In this document: piece by piece, positions 1 through 7,925 of the stretch | Numbering within the stretch: position 1 is the stretch's first letter | How the letters are laid out: each line of letters starts with the position of its first letter | Source of the DNA: an uncultured Jannaschia sp. | GTDB lineage: Bacteria; Pseudomonadota; Alphaproteobacteria; Rhodobacterales; Rhodobacteraceae | Reading direction: 5' to 3' | NCBI RefSeq assembly: GCF_947503795.1 | Contig: NZ_CANNEZ010000003.1 | Span: forward strand, 150,357 to 214,356 | DNA: 64,000 nucleotides | Made by a program: the position numbers and the translations under genes | The notes under the pieces: model-generated | Database searches by the model: none | Seen by the model: only the letters and a program-made list of their open reading frames with translations | What the model was told of the DNA's origin: nothing

Positions 1-126
1 TCAGGTGCTGGTGGCGGGTGTTCCTGCGGGACAAATCGGGCTCCGGTCCGGGCGCGTCTGGCCCCCGTGTAGCCCGCCCGCCCATCGGTGGACAAGCGCG
101 CGCCGCGAGCGCTATCAGCGGGGCGG

Positions 127-200
127 GGTCCCGTGGCTCAATTGGATAGAGCAGCCCCCTCCTAAGGGGCAGGTTGCAGGTTCGAATCCTGCCGGGATCG
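127..200 (+). tRNA. tRNA-Arg (anticodon CCT)
   Basis: Hand-folded cloverleaf: acceptor GGTCCCG/CGGGATC (one G-U), D arm GCTC-AATTGGATA-GAGC, anticodon arm GCCCC-CTCCTAA-GGGGC, T arm GCAGG-TTCGAAT-CCTGC, discriminator G. CCA is not encoded. Confidence 0.9.
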
Positions 201-313
201 CGCCGACTTCGATCCGGACGGCCGCTGGCAAGCGGTGGCCGACGGAACCGAACGCCGCGAGTGTGCCGGGCCATGTCCTGAGGGCCCCGCCCCGCGCTCC
301 TGACTGTGCGAAA

Positions 314-329
314 TGGCCGCCCGGTCGCA
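314..329 (+). promoter_or_regulatory. candidate sigma-54 (-24/-12) promoter upstream of urtA
   Basis: TGGCCG-N5-TCGCA has the GG/GC spacing of the TGGCAC-N5-TTGCA consensus, about 160 nt upstream of the urtA start. Urea transporters are commonly nitrogen-regulated. Motif match only. Confidence 0.25.
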
Positions 330-489
330 TCGGCGACTTTCCGCGCTGCCCAATCCGATCCCGTCCACGCCCCGATCTGCCGCTTATTTCCGCATCTCGC
401 TGCAACGCGGCATCGCGGCGGCGCCCGGCGCTTGGACCGGACGTTCCCGCGACGGCAGCGTGCGGACGCCAACAACCGGAGTGTCTGCC

Positions 490-1761
490 ATGTCCAAACC
501 CATCCTGATCGCCGCGGCCCTCGCGCTGCCCGCCCTGCCCGCCCTCGCACAGGACTGTCCGGTCAAGGTCGGCGTCCTGCACTCGCTGTCGGGGACGATG
601 GCCATCTCCGAGACGACGCTGAAGGACACCGTCGAGATGCTGGTCGATCAGCAGAACGAGGCAGGGGGCCTCTTGGGTTGCGAGATCGAGGCCGTCGTCG
701 TCGATCCGGCCTCCGACTGGCCGCTCTTTGCCGAGAAGGCGCGCGAGCTTCTGACCGTCGAGGAGGTGGACGTGATCTTCGGCTCCTGGACCTCCGTCAG
801 CCGCAAATCCGCACTCCCCGTGCTCGAGGAGCTGAACGGGCTGATGTTCTACCCCGTGCAATACGAGGGCGAGGAAAGCTCGAAGAACGTCTTCTACACC
901 GGGGCCGCGCCCAACCAGCAGGCGATCCCGGCGGTCGACTACTTCCTCGACGAACTGGGTGTGGAGCGGTTTGCGCTTCTGGGCACCGACTACGTCTATC
1001 CGCGCACGACGAACAACATCCTCGAAGCCTATCTGAAGTCGAAGGGCGTCGCCGAGGAGGATATCTTCGTCAACTACACCCCGTTCGGTCACTCGGACTG
1101 GGCGACCATCGTCGGCGACGTGGTCGAGATGTCCGAGGACGGCCGCCAGGTCGGCGTGATCTCGACCATCAACGGCGACGCCAATATCGGCTTCTACAAG
1201 GAGCTCGCCGCCTCCGAGGTCTCGGCCGACGATATCCCCGTCGTGGCCTTCTCGGTGGGTGAAGAGGAGCTCAGCGGCCTCGACACGACCGATCTCGTCG
1301 GCCACCTCGCGGCGTGGAACTACTTCCAGTCCGCCGAGAGCGACGCCAACGATGAGTTCGTGGCCGCATGGAAGGCCCGGATGGGCGACGACCGCGTGAC
1401 CAACGATCCGATGGAGGCGCATTACATCGGCTTCAACATGTGGGTGAACGCGGTCGAGGCGGCAGGCACCACCGATGTCGATGCGGTGCGAGAGGCGATG
1501 TACGGGCAGGAGTTCCCGAACCTCACGGGCGGCACGGCGGTGATGCTGCCGAACCACCACCTCGCGAAACCGGTGCTGATCGGCGAGATCACCGAGGACG
1601 GCCAGTTCGACATCATCTCGCAGACCACCGAGGTCGAGGGCGATGCCTGGACCGATCACCTGCCGGAATCGGCGGTGCTGACCTCCGACTGGCCGGGTCT
1701 CGGCTGCGGGATGTACAACACCGAGACCGAGAGCTGCGTGCAGATCCAGTCCAACTACTGA
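490..1761 (+). CDS. urtA: urea ABC transporter substrate-binding protein UrtA
   Basis: The C-terminal 423 aa of ORF 313..1761 start at MSKPILIAAALALPALPALAQD (signal peptide). Sequence is the UrtA/amide-binding family (VGVLHSLSGTMAISE..., FGSWTSVSRK). It is followed by urtBCDE. Confidence 0.9.
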   Translation: MSKPILIAAALALPALPALAQDCPVKVGVLHSLSGTMAISETTLKDTVEMLVDQQNEAGGLLGCEIEAVVVDPASDWPLFAEKARELLTVEEVDVIFGSWTSVSRKSALPVLEELNGLMFYPVQYEGEESSKNVFYTGAAPNQQAIPAVDYFLDELGVERFALLGTDYVYPRTTNNILEAYLKSKGVAEEDIFVNYTPFGHSDWATIVGDVVEMSEDGRQVGVISTINGDANIGFYKELAASEVSADDIPVVAFSVGEEELSGLDTTDLVGHLAAWNYFQSAESDANDEFVAAWKARMGDDRVTNDPMEAHYIGFNMWVNAVEAAGTTDVDAVREAMYGQEFPNLTGGTAVMLPNHHLAKPVLIGEITEDGQFDIISQTTEVEGDAWTDHLPESAVLTSDWPGLGCGMYNTETESCVQIQSNY

Positions 1762-1768
1762 CCGCATC

Positions 1769-1793
1769 GGGGCGGCCGGTCTGCGGCCGCCCT
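1769..1793 (+). other. GC-rich intercistronic stem-loop after urtA
   Basis: GGGGCGGCCG-gtctg-CGGCCGCCCT gives a 9-10 bp stem 8 nt after the urtA stop, with no T-tract. Confidence 0.5.
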
Positions 1794-1878
1794 CCACGAC
1801 CAAGAACCGGCGGGCGGGGGATACCCCGCTATCCGGCATTTCCGGCGGGGCGACCCGCCCGACGGGGGATCCTGCTCC

Positions 1879-3816
1879 ATGCGCCTTCTGCTCGCCTTCG
1901 CGATGTTCCTCGCCGTGGCGGTCCCCGTATCTGCACAGCAAGGGCCGATCCAGACCCTGCTCCAGACCCATGCCGACGACATCGCCAAACCCTCGCGGCG
2001 GACGATCCAGCCGGTGCTCGACGATCTCGCGGCATCGGGTCTGCCGGGCATGACGGCGTTCCTCGAAGGCTGGGCCGATCGCGGCATCGTCCAGCGAGAG
2101 GCGGATGGTCTCTTCTTCTTCGGCGACCGCGCCGGTGACGCCTACGCCCTCCGCTCGGTCGAGGATGGCGGCGATGCGGGCGAGATCGGACGCCGCGATG
2201 CATCGCAGCTGCGGCCCAACGCCGGCGTCCGCCGGCTGATCGCGACCAGTCTCGTGCAGTTCCAGCTCAGCGATCCCGATCCGGATCGCCGCCGCGCGGC
2301 GCTTGACGCGCTCGGGCGCAACCCGACCCCCGACCTGCTGGCGCCGCTTCGCGCCTCCATCGAGGGCGAGGAGAACCGGTCCATCCGCGCCCGGAAGGAG
2401 GCGCTCGACCGGCTGATCACCATCCGCTTCGGCACCGATCCCGCGCTCAGGCTCGAGGCGATCGACTGGATGGCAGACCAGGTCTCGATCGAGGCCCGCG
2501 CGGCGCTCAACGCCGTCCTGACGACCAAAACGATCGTCGGCGCGCCGGAGGCCGGGGCCAACGTGGCGCGCATCCTCGAACTCGGCACCGATATCGACGA
2601 AGCGAACGCGCTCGCGCGTCTGGCGCAAGAGGACATCGTGCCCGACGGCGTCACCCGTGCCGACCGCGACGCCGCGCTGATCGCGGCGCTCGACGGCGGC
2701 GCGGTCGCGGGCCTCCCCGTGGCGCAGCTCGACACCGAGGCCGCGCGCTGGACGGCCTATGACCGGCTGGTCGAGGCGGGCACCGCGCCCGCGCGCCCCG
2801 CCCCCGACGCCGCCGCGGCCCTGATTGCCGCCAACCCCATTACCGAGATCTACGACGAACCCGATCCCGCCATCACCGACGCCGCCCGCGCCGCCCTGGC
2901 CGAGGTCGAGGCCCGCGTTGGGCGTGCGCAGGCCGCCGATCTGGGCCTCGACGCGCTGAGCCTCGCCTCGATCTACTTCCTGGCGGCCATCGGTCTCGCC
3001 ATCACCTTCGGGGTCATGGGCGTCATCAACATGGCCCATGGCGAATTCATCATGATCGGCGCCTATACCGGCTATGTCGTGCAGCGCTTCGTGCCCGACT
3101 ACACGGCCTCGCTGGTGATCGCGCTGCCGCTCGCGTTCCTCGTGGCCGCCGCCGCAGGAGTGGCGCTGGAGCGGCTGGTGATCCGGCACCTCGCGCACCG
3201 CCCGCTCGAGACGCTGCTGGCGACCTTCGGTATCTCGGTGGCACTCCAGCAGGTCTTCAAGAACATCTTCGGCACGCAAGCTGTCCCCCTGACCTCGCCC
3301 GACTGGCTGGCGGGGGCATGGGTGCTCAACGACGTGGTCGGCATTTCCTATATCCGCATCGCGATCTTCGTCATCGCACTGGTGTTCCTCGCCCTCCTCG
3401 TCTGGATCCTGCGGCGCACACGCCTCGGGCTCGAGGTCCGCGCGGTCACCCAGAACCCCGGCATGGCCGCGTCGCTCGGGATCGACCCCGACCGGGTCGG
3501 CATGGCGACCTTCGCGCTGGGCTCGGGGATCGCGGGCGTGGCGGGCGTGGCCATCGGCCTCTTCGGGCAGGTCACCTCCGAGATGGGCACCGGCTACATC
3601 GTCCAGTCCTTCATGACCGTCGTCGTGGGCGGCGTCGGTTCGGTCTTCGGCACGCTGGCGGGCGCGGGGCTGATCGGCGGGCTCCAGAAGGGAATCGAGT
3701 GGCTGAACCCGTCGAACACACTGGCGGCGCAAACCTACATGATCCTCTTCATCATCCTCTTCATCCAGGTCCGTCCACGCGGCATCGTCGCCCAGAAGGG
3801 GAGGTTCGTGCAGTGA
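1879..3816 (+). CDS. urtB: urea ABC transporter permease UrtB with long N-terminal extension
   Basis: 645-aa ORF. The C-terminal ~300 aa are a LivH-type permease core (LAAIGLAITFGVMGVINMAHGEF...). The N-terminal ~340 aa begin with a signal-like MRLLLAFAMFLAVAVPVSAQQ. Confidence 0.85.
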   Translation: MRLLLAFAMFLAVAVPVSAQQGPIQTLLQTHADDIAKPSRRTIQPVLDDLAASGLPGMTAFLEGWADRGIVQREADGLFFFGDRAGDAYALRSVEDGGDAGEIGRRDASQLRPNAGVRRLIATSLVQFQLSDPDPDRRRAALDALGRNPTPDLLAPLRASIEGEENRSIRARKEALDRLITIRFGTDPALRLEAIDWMADQVSIEARAALNAVLTTKTIVGAPEAGANVARILELGTDIDEANALARLAQEDIVPDGVTRADRDAALIAALDGGAVAGLPVAQLDTEAARWTAYDRLVEAGTAPARPAPDAAAALIAANPITEIYDEPDPAITDAARAALAEVEARVGRAQAADLGLDALSLASIYFLAAIGLAITFGVMGVINMAHGEFIMIGAYTGYVVQRFVPDYTASLVIALPLAFLVAAAAGVALERLVIRHLAHRPLETLLATFGISVALQQVFKNIFGTQAVPLTSPDWLAGAWVLNDVVGISYIRIAIFVIALVFLALLVWILRRTRLGLEVRAVTQNPGMAASLGIDPDRVGMATFALGSGIAGVAGVAIGLFGQVTSEMGTGYIVQSFMTVVVGGVGSVFGTLAGAGLIGGLQKGIEWLNPSNTLAAQTYMILFIILFIQVRPRGIVAQKGRFVQ

Positions 3817-5078
3817 CCGACGCGACTGCACCCTCCGCGCCTCCCACGCCCGGAACACGGCGCCGCCCGCTCATGGCGCGCATAGACGTCATGGTCGTCC
3901 TCGCGGCGCTCGCGCTCCTGACCATCGCGGTCACGCTGATGGCCTCGGCCGGGCTCGTCTCGACCTCCTTCGTCAAGCTTCTGGGCAAGACGCTCTGCCT
4001 CTGCCTCGCCGCACTCGCCTTCGACCTGGTGTGGGGCTACACCGGCATCCTCAGCCTCGGACATTTCGCGTTCTTCGGGATCGGCGGCTACGCGATCGGC
4101 ATGTGGCTGATGTGGGACCGGACCGAGGGGATCGTCGCCGAGACGCTGGCCCGCGCGCCCCTGCCCCCGACACCCCTCGAACTCGAAGAGGCCATCGGCA
4201 CGCAGATCTTCGGCGTCGTCGGCTCGTCCGAGATCCCGTGGCTCTGGGCCTTCGCGTCGTCGCTGCCGCTGCAACTGGCCTTCGCGGTGCTCGTCCCCGG
4301 TCTCATGGCGTTGATCTTCGGCTGGCTGGCGTTCCGCAGCCGGGTCGCGGGCGTCTATCTCTCGATCCTCACGCAGGCGGGCACGCTGGCGCTGTCGCTT
4401 TGGCTCTTCCAGAACGACAGCGGCCTTCGCGGCAATAACGGCCTCTCGGGGCTGCAGAACATCCCCGGCCTCTCGGACGTGCCCCAGCGCGTCATCTCGC
4501 TCTGGTTCCTCTGGGCCTCGGCGCTGGCGCTGGGCCTCGGCTACCTCCTCGCGGTCTGGGTGGTCTCGGGCCGTTTCGGCTCGGTCCTGCGCGGCATTCG
4601 CGACGACGAGGCGCGGGTCCGGTTCCTTGGCTACGAGGTCGAGCATTACAAGCTCGCCATCTTCACCGGCACCGCAATGGTCACGGGGCTGGCGGGGGCG
4701 CTCTACTATCCGCAGGCGGGCATCGTGAACCCGGCCGAGATCGCGCCCATCGCGTCGATCTACCTCCCCGTCTGGGTCGCCATAGGCGGGCGCGGACGGC
4801 TCTATGGCGCGGTGATCGGGGCGGCGGTCGTGTCGCTGGCCTCGTCGTGGTTCACCGGCGGCGGCGCACCCGATATCGATCTCGGCTTCTACGAAATCCG
4901 CTGGACCGACTGGTGGCTCGTGCTGTTGGGCCTCAGCTTCGTGCTCGTCACGCTTTTCGCGCCCAAGGGCCTCGGCGGGCTGGTCGATCTCTGGACCGAC
5001 CGCCGCGCGGCGCGCACGCGCCAGGGCGATTTCGGACCGGATGTCGGATCACGACGAGCCGAGGAGGAACAGCCATGA
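3813..5078 (+). CDS. urtC: urea ABC transporter permease UrtC
   Basis: The in-frame GTG at 3813 overlaps the urtB stop (GTGA). An alternative ATG lies at 3873 (MARIDVMVVLAAL). LivM-type permease sequence. The upstream part of ORF 3318..5078 overlaps urtB and is not coding. Confidence 0.8.
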   Translation: MTDATAPSAPPTPGTRRRPLMARIDVMVVLAALALLTIAVTLMASAGLVSTSFVKLLGKTLCLCLAALAFDLVWGYTGILSLGHFAFFGIGGYAIGMWLMWDRTEGIVAETLARAPLPPTPLELEEAIGTQIFGVVGSSEIPWLWAFASSLPLQLAFAVLVPGLMALIFGWLAFRSRVAGVYLSILTQAGTLALSLWLFQNDSGLRGNNGLSGLQNIPGLSDVPQRVISLWFLWASALALGLGYLLAVWVVSGRFGSVLRGIRDDEARVRFLGYEVEHYKLAIFTGTAMVTGLAGALYYPQAGIVNPAEIAPIASIYLPVWVAIGGRGRLYGAVIGAAVVSLASSWFTGGGAPDIDLGFYEIRWTDWWLVLLGLSFVLVTLFAPKGLGGLVDLWTDRRAARTRQGDFGPDVGSRRAEEEQP

Positions 5079-5827
5079 GCGCGCTTCTCGAGGTGTCCGG
5101 CGTCACCAAGAGCTTCGACGGCTTCAAGGCCATCGACAATCTCTCCTTCTCGGTGGGCGAGCCGGAACTGCGCGCCATCATCGGCCCGAACGGCGCGGGC
5201 AAGACGACCTTCATGGACCTCGTGACCGGCAAGACCCGGCCCGATAGCGGCTCCATCCGCTACGGCGAGCTGTCGCGCGACCTGACCCGCATGTCCGAGG
5301 CGCGCATCGCCCGCGCGGGCATCGGGCGGAAGTTCCAGAAGCCCACCGTCTTCGAGGACCAGACCGTGGCCGAGAACCTCGCCATGGCGCTCGCCTCGCC
5401 CCGCGCGCCCTTCACGGTTCTGACCCGCCGCCCGCCAATGGGCGAGCGCACCACCGAGATCGCGAACCGCGTCGGGCTCGCCGCCCGGCTGGACGACCGC
5501 GCGGCGATCCTGTCCCATGGCCAGAAACAATGGCTCGAGATCGGCATGCTGCTTGCGCAGGAGCCGCGGCTGCTGCTGGTGGATGAACCCGCCGCTGGCA
5601 TGACCGCAGCCGAGCGCGAGCGGACGACAGCCATGCTGAAGGAGGCCGCGAAGACCCGCGCCGTCGTCGTGATCGAGCATGACATGGAGTTCGTGCGCCG
5701 CCTCGATTGCCGGGTGACGGTCCTTCACGAAGGGCGCGCACTGGCCGAGGGGTCGCTCGACCACGTCTGCGCCGACAGCCGCGTCATCGACGTCTATCTA
5801 GGACGCCCCGAGGCCGCCGATGCTTGA
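5075..5827 (+). CDS. urtD: urea ABC transporter ATP-binding protein UrtD
   Basis: ATG at 5075 overlaps the urtC stop (ATGA). MSALLEVSGVTKSFDGFKAI..., Walker A GPNGAGKTT. Confidence 0.9.
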   Translation: MSALLEVSGVTKSFDGFKAIDNLSFSVGEPELRAIIGPNGAGKTTFMDLVTGKTRPDSGSIRYGELSRDLTRMSEARIARAGIGRKFQKPTVFEDQTVAENLAMALASPRAPFTVLTRRPPMGERTTEIANRVGLAARLDDRAAILSHGQKQWLEIGMLLAQEPRLLLVDEPAAGMTAAERERTTAMLKEAAKTRAVVVIEHDMEFVRRLDCRVTVLHEGRALAEGSLDHVCADSRVIDVYLGRPEAADA

Positions 5828-6509
5828 GGCGCGCGGCATCACCCTCGACTACGGCGGCAGCCGGATCCTCCACGGCATCGATCTCGTAGCCGAGACCGGA
5901 CGCATCACTTGCGTCATGGGGTTGAACGGGACGGGCAAGACCTCGCTTCTGAAGGCCATCGCGGGGCGGCATCCCGCGGGCGGGACCGTGACGCTGGACG
6001 GCGCTGTCTTGCCGCCCGGCGCGCGCGACCGGGCGCGCGCGGGCATCGCCTACGTGCCGCAGGGGCGCGAAGTCTTCCCGCAGCTCACCGTGGCCGAGAA
6101 CCTCGCCACCGCCTTTGCGTGCCTACCCAAGGACGCGCGCCGCGTGGATGACGAGATCTACGACCTGTTTCCGGTCCTCAAGGAGATGCGGGGGCGGCGC
6201 GGCGGCGACCTCTCGGGCGGGCAGCAACAGCAGCTCGCCATTGCGCGGGCACTGGTAACGCGGCCCCGCGTCCTTCTGCTCGACGAGCCGACCGAGGGCA
6301 TCCAGCCCAATATCATAGCCCAGATCGGGCGCGTGGTCGCAGGGCTGAGGGATCGGGGCGACATGGCCATCGTGCTGGTCGAGCAGCGGTTCGACTTCGC
6401 GTGGGGTCTCGCGGATCGCATCGTCGCGCTCCGGCGCGGCTCGGTCCTGCGCGACGAGGCGCGCGTCGGGGCCTCGCGGGAGGACGTGCTGGCCGACGTC
6501 TCGGTCTGA
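5820..6509 (+). CDS. urtE: urea ABC transporter ATP-binding protein UrtE
   Basis: 229 aa with Walker A GLNGTGKTS and signature LSGGQQQQLAIARAL. It overlaps the urtD end by 8 nt. Confidence 0.9.
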   Translation: MLEARGITLDYGGSRILHGIDLVAETGRITCVMGLNGTGKTSLLKAIAGRHPAGGTVTLDGAVLPPGARDRARAGIAYVPQGREVFPQLTVAENLATAFACLPKDARRVDDEIYDLFPVLKEMRGRRGGDLSGGQQQQLAIARALVTRPRVLLLDEPTEGIQPNIIAQIGRVVAGLRDRGDMAIVLVEQRFDFAWGLADRIVALRRGSVLRDEARVGASREDVLADVSV

Positions 6510-6517
6510 CGGGCCCC

Positions 6518-7543
6518 TCAGCCCGGCACCGGCCCCAACGTTCCCCGCAGCACCACCGTCGCCTCCAGCTCGACCGAGGGTCCGTCGATCGTGCGCGCAC
6601 CCACCATGTCCACCAGCAGCCCGGCCGCGCGGCGCCCCATCTCGCGGTGGGGGACGTGAACCGTCGTCAGCGGCGGATCGGCCACGGTGGCCAGATCGAT
6701 ATCGTCGAAGCCGGTGATCGATACGTCCCGCGGCACCGACAGACCGCGCAGCCGTGCCGCGCGCATCGCTCCCACCGCCAACACGTCGTTGCCGCACATC
6801 ACGGCCGTTGGCGGGGTCGCGCAGTTCATCAGCGCGTCGAAGGCCACGCCCCCCTCGGCGACACCGTAGATCGTCTCGATGCAGAGCTCCGGCGCCAAGG
6901 GCGCGCCCGCCGCCGCCAGCATCCGGCGGATGCCGGCCAGACGGTCGCGCGCCCGGTCGTTGCCCACGGTGTCGGCCGAGATCACACCGATCCGGCGGTG
7001 CCCCTCGTCCAGAACGGCGCGCGCCAGCCGCGCCATTGCGGCGGCGTTGTCGAAGCCGATCGCCGGCAGGCGGCCGGGTCCCGGATCATGGGCCCATGCG
7101 ACCAGCGCGGGAATGCCCCGCGCCGCCAGCACCTCGGTCACGGCCGGGTCGCGGTGGTGGCCGATCAACAGAAGACCGTCGGTCCCCCGCGCGGCCAGCG
7201 TCCGAATCTGCTCGGCCTCGAGCGCCTCGCGGTAGGAAGAGGACGCAACCAGAAGCGTGTAGCCCCGCGCGTCGAGTTCCTCCTGAAACGCCTGCAGGCC
7301 GCGCGCGAAGATCGCGTTCTCCATGGTGGGGATTACGGCGCCGATCATGCCAGATCGCCGCGCGGCAAGCGCACGGGCCGCCGTATTGGGCGCGTAGCCC
7401 AGCGCCGCGACCGCATCGAGCACCCGCGCCCGCGTTCCCGGCGACACCCGGTCAGGCGCATTCAGGCAGCGCGAGACCGTCGCCGCCGACACGCCGGCGC
7501 GCAGGGCGACATCCGCCAGCTTGGCCGGGGGGTCGGCATTCAT
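6518..7543 (-). CDS. LacI family transcriptional regulator
   Basis: N-terminal HTH KLADVALRAGVSAATVSRCLN followed by a periplasmic-binding-protein-like sugar-binding fold. Start chosen at MNADPP (7543). In-frame upstream starts at 7582 and 7597 are possible. Divergent from the TRAP operon. Confidence 0.85.
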   Translation of the reverse strand: MNADPPAKLADVALRAGVSAATVSRCLNAPDRVSPGTRARVLDAVAALGYAPNTAARALAARRSGMIGAVIPTMENAIFARGLQAFQEELDARGYTLLVASSSYREALEAEQIRTLAARGTDGLLLIGHHRDPAVTEVLAARGIPALVAWAHDPGPGRLPAIGFDNAAAMARLARAVLDEGHRRIGVISADTVGNDRARDRLAGIRRMLAAAGAPLAPELCIETIYGVAEGGVAFDALMNCATPPTAVMCGNDVLAVGAMRAARLRGLSVPRDVSITGFDDIDLATVADPPLTTVHVPHREMGRRAAGLLVDMVGARTIDGPSVELEATVVLRGTLGPVPG

Positions 7544-7563
7544 ATGCACGATTCTGAAAACAT
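7540..7563 (-). promoter_or_regulatory. candidate 7-codon leader mini-ORF (MFSESCI) coupled to the LacI-family gene start
   Basis: On the minus strand: GGAGGA (7574-7569), 5 nt, then ATG TTT TCA GAA TCG TGC ATA TGA. The TGA overlaps the regulator ATG at 7543 (ATGA). Confidence 0.3.
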
Positions 7564-7616
7564 GAGATTCCTCCACGCGCATGTTCGCCCGCCGCACAAA
7601 GAAACGCCACCGATTG

Positions 7617-7632
7617 ATGAAAGCGCTTGCAC
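7617..7632. promoter_or_regulatory. LacI-type operator O1 (imperfect palindrome)
   Basis: ATGAAAGCGCTTGCAC shares the left arm and centre with O2 and has 2 mismatches in the right arm. Confidence 0.55.
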
Positions 7633-7655
7633 GAATCTTATGAAAGCGCTTTCAT
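7627..7655 (+). promoter_or_regulatory. candidate sigma-70 promoter of the TRAP operon
   Basis: TTGCAC (7627-7632), 17 nt, TTTCAT (7650-7655). Both hexamers lie inside the operators. Confidence 0.35.
7640..7655. promoter_or_regulatory. LacI-type operator O2 (perfect 16-bp palindrome)
   Basis: ATGAAAGCGCTTTCAT is self-complementary over 16 bp and fits the generic LacI/GalR operator pattern TGNAANCGNTTNCA. Confidence 0.75.
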
Positions 7656-7700
7656 CGGGGCGACCGACCGGTCACCACCGACGCTTGGGAGGGCTTCGGA

Positions 7701-7895
7701 ATGGCACTCATCATCGCAGCGATTTTCCTCGCAGCCTTCGTGACCAACGTGGTCATGGGCTCGGTCGCGGGGGACGCACCCTTGGGCAACGTGGCCGAAA
7801 TGCTGCTGCTGCTGACCGCGGCCGTGGCGTTCACCGTCGCGATCCTGCGGCGCGAGGCAGATGCCAAGGCCAAGGCGCGACCGGACGACGACTGA
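7701..7895 (+). CDS. small membrane protein (64 aa, two predicted TM helices), first ORF of the TRAP operon
   Basis: GGGAGGG lies 7 nt upstream of the ATG. Two hydrophobic stretches (ALIIAAIFLAAFVTNVVMGSVAG, MLLLLTAAVAFTVAIL) and a charged tail. High GC3. Confidence 0.5.
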   Translation: MALIIAAIFLAAFVTNVVMGSVAGDAPLGNVAEMLLLLTAAVAFTVAILRREADAKAKARPDDD

Positions 7896-7925
7896 CGACC
7901 CAACCATCCACCAGGGAGGAACGAG

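Noticed and set aside
313-489. The ATG at 313 as the urtA start (59-aa N-terminal extension)
   Set aside because: The extension is Arg/Pro-rich and would precede, and so bury, the obvious signal peptide that starts at 490. The ATG at 313 also overlaps the candidate promoter motif.
1-500. tRNA-Arg, and likewise tRNA-Leu at 62010-62096, as an integration site for a genomic island
   Set aside because: There is no integrase, no direct repeat of the tRNA 3' end, and no compositional break nearby. The flanking genes are ordinary chromosomal functions.
115-3858. 1247-aa ORF on the minus strand spanning tRNA-Arg, urtA and urtB
   Set aside because: It is antisense to clearly recognisable urt genes and reads as low-complexity Arg/Gly/Asp/Pro-rich text. 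Long stop-free antisense frames are expected in DNA of about 67% GC with strong GC3 bias. It also runs through a tRNA gene.
6506-6521. Quasi-palindrome CTGACGGGCCCCTCAG containing the convergent urtE and LacI-gene stop codons, considered as a bidirectional terminator
   Set aside because: The central GGGCCC would leave no loop, the stem would be only 4 bp plus a mismatch, and there are no U-tracts.
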